The notes under the pieces are model-generated. The model worked only from the letters and a program-made list of their open reading frames with translations, was not told the DNA's origin and did not search any database. The position numbers and the translations under genes were made by a program. Positions 9,281-18,349 of a DNA stretch of 64,000 nt are shown in pieces; position 1 is the first letter of the stretch, and the number at the start of each line of letters is the position of its first letter. Source of the stretch: Erythrobacteraceae bacterium (GTDB taxonomy: Bacteria > Pseudomonadota > Alphaproteobacteria > Sphingomonadales > Sphingomonadaceae); assembly GCA_027489095.1 (NCBI GenBank), contig JAIYAL010000042.1, forward strand, positions 8,153-72,152. The letters run 5' to 3'.

Positions 9281-10726
9281 TCAGCCGGCCAGACCCATCG
9301 CCACTGCCAAACCTAAGAAGGCAAAGAAGCCCATCGAATCGGTGATCATGGTGACAAACACGCTGGAGGCCACCGCCGGGTCCTGACCCAGCCGCTCGAA
9401 GATCACCGGCACCAGCACCCCGGCAAGGCCCGCCACCGCGATGTTGATCACGATCGCCATCGCAATGACCACGCCCATCATCGGCGAGAACAATATGCCC
9501 GCAGCAAGCCCGATCAGCAGTGCGATGGTGCCGCCGTTCAGCAGCGCCACGCGAAATTCGCGCCACAGGATGCGCTTGGTGTTCGAACGGGTCAGCTGAT
9601 TGGTCGCAATCGCGCGCACCGCCACCGCCATCGTCTGCGTGCCCGCATTGCCGCCGATGCTGGCGACAATCGGCATGAGGATCGCGAGCGCCACCAGCTG
9701 TTCGATCGCCGCGCCGAAGAAGGCGATGATCGAGGAGGCGATCACCGCAGTGCCCAGGTTGGCGATCAGCCAGCGTACCCGCGCGGCATAGGCTTCGCGG
9801 ATCGGCTCGTTAATGTCCCCGTCGCCCGCGCCAGACAGCAGCAGCGCGTCCTCGCCCGCTTCCTCGGAGATGATGTGGACGATATCGTCGACCGTCATCT
9901 GGCCCACAAGGCGCCCGCTATCATCCACCACCGCGGCCGAGATCAGCGCGTATTTCTGGAACATCAGCGCCGCTTCTTCCTGATCCATCGTCACCGGGAT
10001 CAGGGTCTGATCGCGCTTCATCACATCGGTGAGGCGCACATTGCGGGGCGTCGTCAGGATCCACGACAGCGCGCAGGTGCCGACCGGATGGTGGCGCTCG
10101 TCGATCACGAAGACCTCGAAGAAATCATGGTCGAGATCGCCATCCTCGCGCAGGAAATCGATCAGATTGCCGACGGTGAGATGTTCGGGCACCGCCACGA
10201 AGTGACGGCTCATCAACCGCCCGGCGGTCTCTTCCGGGTAGGCGAGCGCGCTGGAGACCGCCTCGCGGGTTTCGGGCTCCAGCTCGGCCATCACCGCGCG
10301 CTGATCGGCTTCGTCCAAATCCTCGATCAGCTGCACCGCATCGTCGGTGTCGAGCTGTTCGGCGATGGTCGCGACGGCCTGCGCGGACAGCGTGTCCATC
10401 AGGTCTTCGCGGACGTAATCGTTGAGTTCGGCGACCACCTCGCCGGTCATCAGATCGCTGATCGTGGAGGCGAGCTGCGCGCGCTCGCGCGGTTCGAGCA
10501 GCTCGATCAGGTCAGCGATGTCGGCGGCGTGGAGCGGCTCGACCAGATCATAGACCGCGCCCTTGTCACCCGCCGCCAGCGCATCGTGGACTTTGCTGAC
10601 ATAGGCTGGCTTGAGGCGGTTCTCCTCATCGTGCCGCTCATCATCGACACGGTCGTCCGGGCGCACTTCGGCCTCGCCCGTATCGGCGATCATGAGATCG
10701 TCTTCGAGGATGCGATCTTCGGCCAT
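9281..10726 (-). CDS. mgtE: Magnesium transporter MgtE
   Basis: Acidic N-domain, CBS pair, PIVASIGGNAGTQT and PAVASSVFVTMITD. Confidence 0.96.
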   Translation of the reverse strand: MAEDRILEDDLMIADTGEAEVRPDDRVDDERHDEENRLKPAYVSKVHDALAAGDKGAVYDLVEPLHAADIADLIELLEPRERAQLASTISDLMTGEVVAELNDYVREDLMDTLSAQAVATIAEQLDTDDAVQLIEDLDEADQRAVMAELEPETREAVSSALAYPEETAGRLMSRHFVAVPEHLTVGNLIDFLREDGDLDHDFFEVFVIDERHHPVGTCALSWILTTPRNVRLTDVMKRDQTLIPVTMDQEEAALMFQKYALISAAVVDDSGRLVGQMTVDDIVHIISEEAGEDALLLSGAGDGDINEPIREAYAARVRWLIANLGTAVIASSIIAFFGAAIEQLVALAILMPIVASIGGNAGTQTMAVAVRAIATNQLTRSNTKRILWREFRVALLNGGTIALLIGLAAGILFSPMMGVVIAMAIVINIAVAGLAGVLVPVIFERLGQDPAVASSVFVTMITDSMGFFAFLGLAVAMGLAG

Positions 10727-10826
10727 ACGAGGCGTTTAGGCGGGGAAGGTCGAAAAGCAAGGCTGGAGGGTGACAGGCGGGTTTTGCCTGCTAAAAGCGC
10801 GGGCAAATTCCCCCAGGAGACATATC

Positions 10827-11288
10827 ATGGCCGAGACCCTTACCTTCACCCTCGACACCGGCGACGGCGAAGCCCGCGACGTCGTCATCAAGCTGCGCCC
10901 CGATCTGGCCCCCGGCCACGTCGCGCGCATCGCCGAGCTGGCGAGCGAAGGCTTCTATGATGGCGTGATCTTCCACCGCGTGATCGGCGGCTTCATGGCG
11001 CAGGGCGGCGATCCGACCGGCACCGGCATGGGCGGCAGCGACAAGCCTGATCTGGCGGCGGAATTCAACGCCGAACCGCACATCGAAGGCGTATGCTCGA
11101 TGGCGCGTTCGCAGAACCCCAACAGCGCCAATTCGCAGTTCTTCATCTGCCTTGATGACGCGCGCTTCCTCGACAAGCAGTACACCGTGTGGGGCCAGGT
11201 CACGAGCGGCATGGAACACGTCCACGCGCTGCCCAAGGGCGAACCGCCGCGTGCGCCCGGCAAGATCGTCAAGGCGACGGTGGCCTGA
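10827..11288 (+). CDS. Cyclophilin-type peptidyl-prolyl isomerase
   Basis: FYDGVIFHRVIGGFMAQGGDPTGTG and SMARSQNPNSANSQFFI; AGGAG RBS. Confidence 0.95.
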   Translation: MAETLTFTLDTGDGEARDVVIKLRPDLAPGHVARIAELASEGFYDGVIFHRVIGGFMAQGGDPTGTGMGGSDKPDLAAEFNAEPHIEGVCSMARSQNPNSANSQFFICLDDARFLDKQYTVWGQVTSGMEHVHALPKGEPPRAPGKIVKATVA

Positions 11289-11296
11289 TCGCCTTC

Positions 11297-11322
11297 TCCC
11301 CCTCCTCTTGCGAGGAGGGGGA
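11297..11322. repeat. REP-like palindrome / possible terminator hairpin
   Basis: Perfect 11-bp stem TCCCCCTCCTC-TTGC-GAGGAGGGGGA; a related palindrome lies at 53957-53981. Confidence 0.55.
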
Positions 11323-11414
11323 TGCGCGATTGACCCCGTCACCGGCGGGCCTACAGCGTTGTCACTCATGGCATCCTGCGCGCGCCCACAGACCTTCGCC
11401 GATTGCGGCTTACC

Positions 11415-12401
11415 GTGCGCCTGACCCTGCGCCCGCTCGTTCTGCTGCTCGGCCTCGCGCTTTCGGGCTGCGTCACCTTCCCCGATATCTCGCAATCGCG
11501 CTCGCCCTGCCAGCTTGAGCCGGGCGGATGGTGCGGCTTCCTGCGCGAGGCGGCGGTCGATGCCTTCCCCTATGCGCTGGCCTCGACCAATGCCTACACG
11601 GGCGACGAGGATCTGTTCGCAAAGCCGGGCCGCGTGTTGCAGCGCGTGGCCCATCTCCCCATTGCCGAGGCCGATGCCGACAAGGGCTTCGACTACCAGA
11701 TCTTCAACCAGTACGAGAGCGGCAAGGGCGCCGCTGCCGACCGCAAGCCCGTGGCGCGCATTCTCGCCTTTCGCGGCACGGACATGAAGAGCCTCGCCGA
11801 TATCTTCTACGGCACGCTGCGCGGTGATCAGATCGAATTGGCGCTGCGCTATTTCGAGGCGGAAAAGGCGCGGCTGGGGACGGATGTGCCGTGGATTGTC
11901 ACCGGCCATTCGCTGGGCGGCGCGCTGGCGACCGAGGTGTCGGTGGCTCATCCCGATGTGCGGGCCTATATGTTCAACACCTCGCCCTTCTACCGCAGCG
12001 AAGTGCGCGACAATGCGCTGCGGCGCACCGTCTTCAACGAGCGGGGCGAGCTTCTGCGCCGTTTCGCGCGGTTTGATGAGCCGCCCGCGGCGAATGTCTT
12101 CACGATCAATTGTGAACCGCGCAAAGGTGCCATCACCAAGCACAAGGTGCGCCCGCTGGCGGACTGCATCACCTGGATCGCCGCCTATGCGAGCGAAGAT
12201 GCGCTCCAGATCGTGAAGGCGAACGGCATACCTAAGCCTTTCGTCGAATGCGGGCCCGAAGACATGGTCCATCCCGGCCCCGGTTATCGCCCGACCGCGC
12301 CCTGCATCCAGAATGGCCTGCGCCGCGAAGCGAAGCCAAAAGGCAAGGACGACCAGAAGGGCAAGAGCAAGGACAGGGACGCGGACAGGAACGGGGGCTG
12401 A
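11415..12401 (+). CDS. Alpha/beta-hydrolase (class 3 lipase-like) lipoprotein
   Basis: Lipobox LALSGC, LAFRGT and nucleophile elbow GHSLGG. Start could be TTG 11403 or GTG 11415. Confidence 0.75.
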   Translation: MRLTLRPLVLLLGLALSGCVTFPDISQSRSPCQLEPGGWCGFLREAAVDAFPYALASTNAYTGDEDLFAKPGRVLQRVAHLPIAEADADKGFDYQIFNQYESGKGAAADRKPVARILAFRGTDMKSLADIFYGTLRGDQIELALRYFEAEKARLGTDVPWIVTGHSLGGALATEVSVAHPDVRAYMFNTSPFYRSEVRDNALRRTVFNERGELLRRFARFDEPPAANVFTINCEPRKGAITKHKVRPLADCITWIAAYASEDALQIVKANGIPKPFVECGPEDMVHPGPGYRPTAPCIQNGLRREAKPKGKDDQKGKSKDRDADRNGG

Positions 12402-12416
12402 CAGCGGGCTGCGTGT

Positions 12417-12504
12417 TTGACCCCGGCTCAGATCGCGCAGACCCCCACCTTGACCCCCTCTAGACCCCCCTTAGACCCCCTTTAGGGTCACTTCAGACCC
12501 TGCC
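12417..12504 (+). repeat. 11-bp-periodic GACCCC direct-repeat array, copy 1 (G-quadruplex motif on minus strand)
   Basis: Units TTGACCCCCTC/TAGACCCCCCT/TAGACCCCCTT/TAGGGTCACTT/CAGACCCTGCC at 12450-12504, plus looser units near 12417 and 12438. Confidence 0.9.
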
Positions 12505-12512
12505 AGATCCGA

Positions 12513-12528
12513 TGTTTCATGTGAAACA
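12513..12528. other. parS: parS-type centromere palindrome
   Basis: TGTTTCATGTGAAACA, one mismatch to the widespread chromosomal consensus TGTTTCACGTGAAACA; intergenic. Confidence 0.8.
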
Positions 12529-12584
12529 CTGGCATTCCGCAGCGATTGAACCGGGCTGCCATCGGCGCTACAGGCGCAGCCCTC

Positions 12585-13922
12585 ATGAAACCCGTCGCGC
12601 CTCCCCAGACCTACAGGGTCAAGAGCTTCGGCTGCCAGATGAACGTCTATGACGGCGAGCGGATGGCCGAGCTGCTGGGCGCGCGCGGGATCGTGCCCGC
12701 TCCCGAGGGAGAGGACGCCGATCTGGTCATCCTCAACACCTGCCATATCCGTGAAAAGGCAGCGGAAAAGGTCTATTCCGACATCGGCCGGCTGGTCTTT
12801 GCGGGCAAGCAGGCGGGCAAGCCGCCGCTGATCGCGGTGGCAGGCTGCGTCGCCCAGGCCGAGGGCGAGGAGATCATGAAGCGCGCCCCTGCGGTCAGCA
12901 TCGTGGTGGGCCCGCAGGCCTATCATCGCCTGCCGGAAATGCTTGAAAAGGCGGCAAAAGGTGAGCGTGCGACCGATACCGAGATGCCCGCGATCGCCAA
13001 GTTCGATGCGCTGCCAGCAAGGGCCAAACGCGGGCCCACCGCCTTCCTCACGGTGCAGGAAGGCTGCGACAAGTTCTGCACCTATTGCGTGGTGCCCTAT
13101 ACCCGCGGCGCGGAAATTGCGCGGCCTTTCAAAGGCCTGATCGCCGAAGCGGAGCGGCTGGTGGAGGCCGGCGCGAAGGAGATCATGCTGCTCGGCCAGA
13201 ACGTCAACGCCTGGGCCGGCGAGGACGACAAGGGCCGCCGGGTTGGACTGGCGGGCCTGATCCATACACTGGCGAAGATCGACGGGCTGGAGCGCATTCG
13301 CTACACCACCAGCCACCCCAATGACATGGAAGACGCCCTGATTGCCGCGCATGGCGAGGTGGACAAGCTGATGCCCTATCTGCACCTCCCCGTGCAGAGC
13401 GGCAGCGACCGGGTGCTGAAGGCCATGAACCGTCAGCACACCGCAGACAGCTATCTGAAAATCATCGAAAAATTCCGAGCCGTGCGGCCCGACATCGCGA
13501 TCGCAGGAGACTTCATCGTCGGCTTCCCGGGCGAGACCGAGGCCGAATTCGAGGACACGCTCAGGATCGTCGACGAAGTCCGCTACGCCGCGTGCTTCAG
13601 CTTCAAATATTCCCCTCGCCCCGGCACGCCCGCCGCGACGATGGAAAACCAGATCGCGCCCGAGGAGATGGCGAACCGTCTCCAACGGCTCCAGTCCCGC
13701 CTCGCCGAACAGCAGTATGCCTTCAATCAGGCGAGCGTGGGCAAGACCTGCAAGGTGCTGGTCGAACGCACCGGGCGGGACCCGGGCCAATGGCTCGGCA
13801 AGTCGCCGTGGCTCCAGAGCGTCCACTTCGAGGGCGACCATGCCATCGGCGATCTGGTCGAAGTGACCCTCGCCGAGGCGGGGCCGGTCTCGCTAAGGGG
13901 CGTGGTTCCCGCGCCCGTCTGA
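12585..13922 (+). CDS. miaB: tRNA-i(6)A37 methylthiotransferase
   Basis: SFGCQMNVYD, LNTCHIREKA, radical SAM CDKFCTYC, and a TRAM domain. Confidence 0.97.
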   Translation: MKPVAPPQTYRVKSFGCQMNVYDGERMAELLGARGIVPAPEGEDADLVILNTCHIREKAAEKVYSDIGRLVFAGKQAGKPPLIAVAGCVAQAEGEEIMKRAPAVSIVVGPQAYHRLPEMLEKAAKGERATDTEMPAIAKFDALPARAKRGPTAFLTVQEGCDKFCTYCVVPYTRGAEIARPFKGLIAEAERLVEAGAKEIMLLGQNVNAWAGEDDKGRRVGLAGLIHTLAKIDGLERIRYTTSHPNDMEDALIAAHGEVDKLMPYLHLPVQSGSDRVLKAMNRQHTADSYLKIIEKFRAVRPDIAIAGDFIVGFPGETEAEFEDTLRIVDEVRYAACFSFKYSPRPGTPAATMENQIAPEEMANRLQRLQSRLAEQQYAFNQASVGKTCKVLVERTGRDPGQWLGKSPWLQSVHFEGDHAIGDLVEVTLAEAGPVSLRGVVPAPV

Positions 13923-14789
13923 CCGCTCCGCCGCCACCGCCGCGCGGGCGATGTCGTTGTAGACCCGGCGCGCGCTCGCATTGTACGAGGCATCGTAGAG
14001 TTCGCGCACCAGCGCCTTGTCGAAGTCGGTCAGCCCGGCGGGCGGGGCGGGATCGGCGAACAGGGTGAGGATGGTCGGGGCGGGGGCATCGCCCTCCACC
14101 GGGCCAGTGCCGAGCAGCGCGCGCAAGGTCGCGTAATCAGCGAGTTGGCCCAGGGTAAAGCCGTTCGCCGCCTCCCGAGAAATGAGCACGGCAGCGCCGG
14201 TGATCTCGGTGGTGACGAGGGGGTCCGAGGTGCTCAGCGGCTGGATTTCCGTGTATGTCGGGAACCTCTGTTGGTCGCCAAGCTGCGGCCGGAAGGCGTT
14301 GCCCAGCGCATCGCGCACCGCGACCTTGTGCCAAGCCCTGACCGGCCCCGTCTCGCCCAGCACGCGTTCGCGCTGATAGCCCGCCAGGTGGGCAAGCTGC
14401 GGCGATTCCGAACTGAGCCACCCCTCTGCGGGCCCTGCCGCCGGAGCCATGAAGGCGACCCGCACCGTCGGCGCGCAATCGGGCGCGCGATCCACGCCCA
14501 CCCCCAGCGCCTCGGCATTCTCGCGGATTCGCTCGGCGATGACCGCTGTGTCCTCCAGCGTGAGGCCAAGCACCGTGACGCACACCGGAAAGGCGAACTT
14601 GGCCACCGGCTGGTTCATGCGCGGCGGGCGGATCACCTCGCGGGTGAATTCGCGCAATTGCTTGTGCCGCTCGGCCTCGGACGGGGGCGGGCGCACGATG
14701 ATCTCGGGCGCAGGGCGGGCCGGGGCATCCTGCGCGGCAGCGGGCGCGGCGATCAGCAGCGCTGTCAGGATGCCTGCAAATCTGCGCAT
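13893..14789 (-). CDS. Secreted hypothetical protein
   Basis: Signal peptide MRRFAGILTALLIAAPAAAQD; GC-typical coding frame; overlaps the miaB 3' end by 30 nt convergently. Confidence 0.75.
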   Translation of the reverse strand: MRRFAGILTALLIAAPAAAQDAPARPAPEIIVRPPPSEAERHKQLREFTREVIRPPRMNQPVAKFAFPVCVTVLGLTLEDTAVIAERIRENAEALGVGVDRAPDCAPTVRVAFMAPAAGPAEGWLSSESPQLAHLAGYQRERVLGETGPVRAWHKVAVRDALGNAFRPQLGDQQRFPTYTEIQPLSTSDPLVTTEITGAAVLISREAANGFTLGQLADYATLRALLGTGPVEGDAPAPTILTLFADPAPPAGLTDFDKALVRELYDASYNASARRVYNDIARAAVAAERSDGRGNHAP

Positions 14790-14968
14790 AAACATCAACC
14801 GTTCAACAAGTTGGCCGCCGGACTTTACCACACAACGGCCGCGTATGTGAAGCATCCGTGACTTTCCCCCACCATCTCACCCCGCCCGGCTTGCTATCCC
14901 GCCAGCCCCGCTTAGGCTCGCGACTCAAGGGCCGAGGGATCGTCCTTCTGCCGCAGCCAAAGGACCTT

Positions 14969-16012
14969 ATGGGCCGACGACCCTCCCGTGCCGGGCACCC
15001 GGCGCTCTCGCCTGATCCGCGCGGCATTCCAGCCCAGCGGCGCGCCCGCGTCGACCTGACCTTCGAGAACCAGGCCCTGCTGGGGCCATTGTTCGGGCAG
15101 TTCGATGCCAATCTGGTGCAGGTCGAAAACCGGCTCGGGGTGTTCATCCACGCGCGCGGCCATCAGGTGGTGATCGAGGGCCCAGAGGATGACGTCGGCC
15201 GCGCCCGCGAGACGCTCAAGACCATGTACGACCGGCTCGCTCGCGGCGAGGCGCTCGACAGTGGGGCCATCGAATCGATGATCGCCATGTCCGCCGAACC
15301 GACGCTCGAAGGGATCATCTCGGGCGACGAGGGCGCCCCGCCGATCATGATCCGCACGCGCAAGAAGACGATCGTGCCCCGCTCGGCGACGCAGATCGAG
15401 TATATGCGCAGCCTCGCTCGGGACGACATCATCTTCGCGCTCGGCCCGGCGGGGACGGGCAAGACCTATGTCGCGGTGGCGCAGGCGGTGAGCCAGCTCA
15501 TTACCGGCAGTGTGCAGCGCCTGATCCTCTCGCGCCCGGCGGTCGAGGCAGGGGAGAAACTCGGCTTCCTCCCTGGCGACATGAAGGAGAAGGTCGATCC
15601 CTATCTGCGCCCGCTCTATGACGCCTTGAACGACTGTATGCCGCCCGAACAGGTCGAGCGGCGGCTCGCCAACGGCGAGATCGAGATCGCGCCGATCGCC
15701 TTCATGCGCGGGCGCACGCTGGCCGACAGCTTCATCATCCTCGACGAAGCGCAGAACACCACCAAGGAACAGATGAAGATGTTCCTCACCCGCTTCGGCC
15801 AGAACAGCCGGATGGTGATCTGCGGCGATCCGCGGCAGGTTGACATCCCCGGCGGTCCGCGGATGAGCGGGCTGAATGATGCGGTCGAAAAGCTCGAGGG
15901 TATCGAGGGTTTCGGCACCACGCGCTTCACCGCCGCCGACGTGGTCCGCCACCCGATCGTGGGGCGGATTGTCGAGGCCTATGAGGGGAACGGTGAGGGC
16001 GAGGGCGTGTGA
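14969..16012 (+). CDS. phoH: PhoH-family ATPase
   Basis: GPAGTGKT, LSRPAVEAGEKLGFLPGD, FMRGRTL and DEAQN. Confidence 0.96.
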   Translation: MGRRPSRAGHPALSPDPRGIPAQRRARVDLTFENQALLGPLFGQFDANLVQVENRLGVFIHARGHQVVIEGPEDDVGRARETLKTMYDRLARGEALDSGAIESMIAMSAEPTLEGIISGDEGAPPIMIRTRKKTIVPRSATQIEYMRSLARDDIIFALGPAGTGKTYVAVAQAVSQLITGSVQRLILSRPAVEAGEKLGFLPGDMKEKVDPYLRPLYDALNDCMPPEQVERRLANGEIEIAPIAFMRGRTLADSFIILDEAQNTTKEQMKMFLTRFGQNSRMVICGDPRQVDIPGGPRMSGLNDAVEKLEGIEGFGTTRFTAADVVRHPIVGRIVEAYEGNGEGEGV

Positions 16013-17841
16013 GGCGCTTGCGATCGAAATTCTTCGGTTTTCTGCTCTTGGCACTGTTGCTGGGAAGCCCGGTTGCTGCCCAGGGCCAAACGGACCCAGG
16101 CGCGAACAAAGCTTCCGGCCAAAGCAGCGTTAAGGTTGATGAACTCGCCGAAGCCCGCACCCGTGCGCAGGAATTGGCTCAGCGCAACGCGATCCTGGAG
16201 GCCAAGGCCGAATTGTCGGATGCGGCCTATTCGCGGCTGGAGACTTTGATCGGGGCGTTTGGGGCGGTGATCACCGTTGTTGTGCTGTTCTTCGCCCTTC
16301 GCACCAAGAACGAAGCCATCGCAGAAGCCCGTAATGCTGCGGCCGAAGTCGCCAAGGCAGATGCCAAAACAGCGATCGATGCCGCGCAAACCCAGTTCGC
16401 GGCCTTGCTTGCGCAGGAACGCAGCAATGTCGCGGAAATCGAAGCGAAGCTGGAGGAGGCCCGACAATTTGTCGCTGCCATTTCCGGCCTGCAAGCCGAT
16501 GCCCTGAAAGGCAAGGAGGCGATTGAGGCCGATGCGAACCGGCTCGCTGAGCTGACAGCCCGGTTGGCGCAGGAGGCCAAGGAGGGCGGCAAGCCCGACT
16601 TGTCCGAAGACGACCGCGTGGTGCTCGAAAAGGCGAGCGAAGCCGCCAAGGATACGGCGCAGAACCAATGGACTGCCAGCCAGTTTCGCGCAGCGATCAG
16701 CAAGGCTCGGTTCGTCGATGAAGATTGGCCGCGCGTTTCGGAATTGGCCGAAGATATGGCGCGGGTGCATGGCGAGAACGACGAAGATTTCGCCTACGCC
16801 ATGAATTTATTGGGTGATGCCGCGCTGGAGCGGGGTGCCGTAGTCGAAGCAGAAACAGCCTATCGCCATGCGATTGATCGGTTGAAAGAGGCTGATTCTG
16901 CTGAACTTCGCCGCCTTCTCTTCTGGGCTCTGCATCATGCTGGCTACGCGCAAAGGAATGCTGGGCATCCGGATCTTGCCGAACCACTGTTGATTCAAGC
17001 GCGCGACCTTGCCGGCGATCTCTATGGCCCTGAAGCATCGAACACGCTGGTCACCCGCCATGAACTAGCCCGTGCGATGCGCGATCACGGTCGCGCCCCT
17101 GAGGCGGAGGCGGAATTGCGCGCGGTCCTGCCGCTCAGGGAAAAGGTCGATGGCCCTGAAGCATCACACACGCTGGTCATTCGCCACGATCTCGCCCGTG
17201 CGATGCTCGATCAAGGGCGCGCTGCTGAAGCAGAGGCAGAATTCCGCGCGATCCTGCCGCTAACAGAGAAAGTCGATGGCTCCGAGGCATCGGGCACGCT
17301 GAGCACCCGCCACGAATTGGCCCGCACCGTGCTCGATCAGGGGCGCGCTGCTGAGGCGGAGTCCGAACTGCGCACAATCCTGCCGCTCACGGAGGAGGTC
17401 GATGGCCCTGAAGCATCGGGCACGCTGAGCACCCGCCACGTACTGGCGTGCGCCATACTCGATCAGGAGCGCGCTGCTGAGGCGGAGGCAGAACTGCGTT
17501 TGATCCTGCCCCTGACGGAAAAGGTCGATGGCCCCGAAGCATCTGGCACACAAGTCACGCGCTATATGCTCGCCCTCGCGGTGCTCGAGAATGGCGATCC
17601 GGCTGGCGCGCAGGCTTTGCTGGAGGTCATCCCTGACCTGTCTGCACGTCCGGACTGGATACCGCGCCATGCTGCCCGTCTGGCCTACGTGCGCGGCAAG
17701 GTTGCTGATGCGCTAAGCCAGCGCAAGGCAGCCACCGCACACCTCATCGAAGCGCGGCGGATCTTTTCTGATTGTTTTCCAGAGGATCATCTCCATCGCC
17801 GCCAGCTGGAAGACTACATTATCCAGCGCGGCGGGCTGTAA
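16009..17841 (+). CDS. Membrane-anchored coiled-coil and 42-aa TPR-repeat protein
   Basis: Signal peptide, TM helix LIGAFGAVITVVVLFFAL, Ala/Glu-rich coiled coil, then five 42-aa repeats GPEASxTLxTRHxLA... Confidence 0.85.
   Translation: MRRLRSKFFGFLLLALLLGSPVAAQGQTDPGANKASGQSSVKVDELAEARTRAQELAQRNAILEAKAELSDAAYSRLETLIGAFGAVITVVVLFFALRTKNEAIAEARNAAAEVAKADAKTAIDAAQTQFAALLAQERSNVAEIEAKLEEARQFVAAISGLQADALKGKEAIEADANRLAELTARLAQEAKEGGKPDLSEDDRVVLEKASEAAKDTAQNQWTASQFRAAISKARFVDEDWPRVSELAEDMARVHGENDEDFAYAMNLLGDAALERGAVVEAETAYRHAIDRLKEADSAELRRLLFWALHHAGYAQRNAGHPDLAEPLLIQARDLAGDLYGPEASNTLVTRHELARAMRDHGRAPEAEAELRAVLPLREKVDGPEASHTLVIRHDLARAMLDQGRAAEAEAEFRAILPLTEKVDGSEASGTLSTRHELARTVLDQGRAAEAESELRTILPLTEEVDGPEASGTLSTRHVLACAILDQERAAEAEAELRLILPLTEKVDGPEASGTQVTRYMLALAVLENGDPAGAQALLEVIPDLSARPDWIPRHAARLAYVRGKVADALSQRKAATAHLIEARRIFSDCFPEDHLHRRQLEDYIIQRGGL
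17026..17580 (+). repeat. 126-bp intragenic tandem repeat encoding TPR units
   Basis: GGC(C/T)C(T/C)GA(A/G)GCATC unit starts at 17026, 17152, 17278, 17404 and 17530, an exact 126-bp period. Confidence 0.92.
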
Positions 17842-17843
17842 GC

Positions 17844-18323
17844 ATGGAACTCGACATCGACATCGAAGATTGGCCTGCCGCCGCGTGGGAGGCGCTTGCC
17901 GAACGCGCCGCGCAGGCCGCAGGCGAGGGCGAACCGCTGCTCGCCAACCCGCGCCTTATGGTCAGCCTGCTGTTCACCTCCGACGCGGAAGTTCACACCC
18001 TCAACCGCGAATGGCGCGAGCGGGACAAGCCGACCAATGTCCTCTCCTTCCCGATGCTCGAGCGCGAGGAACTCGAGGCGCTCGCCCCGGATGGCCCGCC
18101 AGAAATGCTCGGCGACATCGCGCTCGCCTATGAGACCTGCGCGAGCGAAGCGCAGGAGAAGGACGTCAGCCTTGAAGCCCACGCGACCCATCTGATCGTC
18201 CACGGACTGCTCCACCTTGCCGGTCACGACCATGTCGACAGCGACGAACAGGCCGAGGCGATGGAGGCGCTGGAAACCCGCATACTTGCCAAACTGGGCA
18301 TCGCTGACCCATATGGCGACTGA
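17844..18323 (+). CDS. ybeY: rRNA maturation endoribonuclease YbeY
   Basis: LNREWRERDKPTNVLSFP and HGLLHLAGHDH. Confidence 0.96.
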   Translation: MELDIDIEDWPAAAWEALAERAAQAAGEGEPLLANPRLMVSLLFTSDAEVHTLNREWRERDKPTNVLSFPMLEREELEALAPDGPPEMLGDIALAYETCASEAQEKDVSLEAHATHLIVHGLLHLAGHDHVDSDEQAEAMEALETRILAKLGIADPYGD

Positions 18324-18349
18324 AACCATCAGGAGCTGTTTCGAAGGCC

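Noticed and set aside
12417-12504. GACCCC arrays as a CRISPR array
   Set aside because: The period is 11 bp with no unique spacers, and no cas genes are present.
17026-17580. 126-bp repeats as a CRISPR array or mobile element
   Set aside because: They are in-frame coding repeats of a TPR protein.
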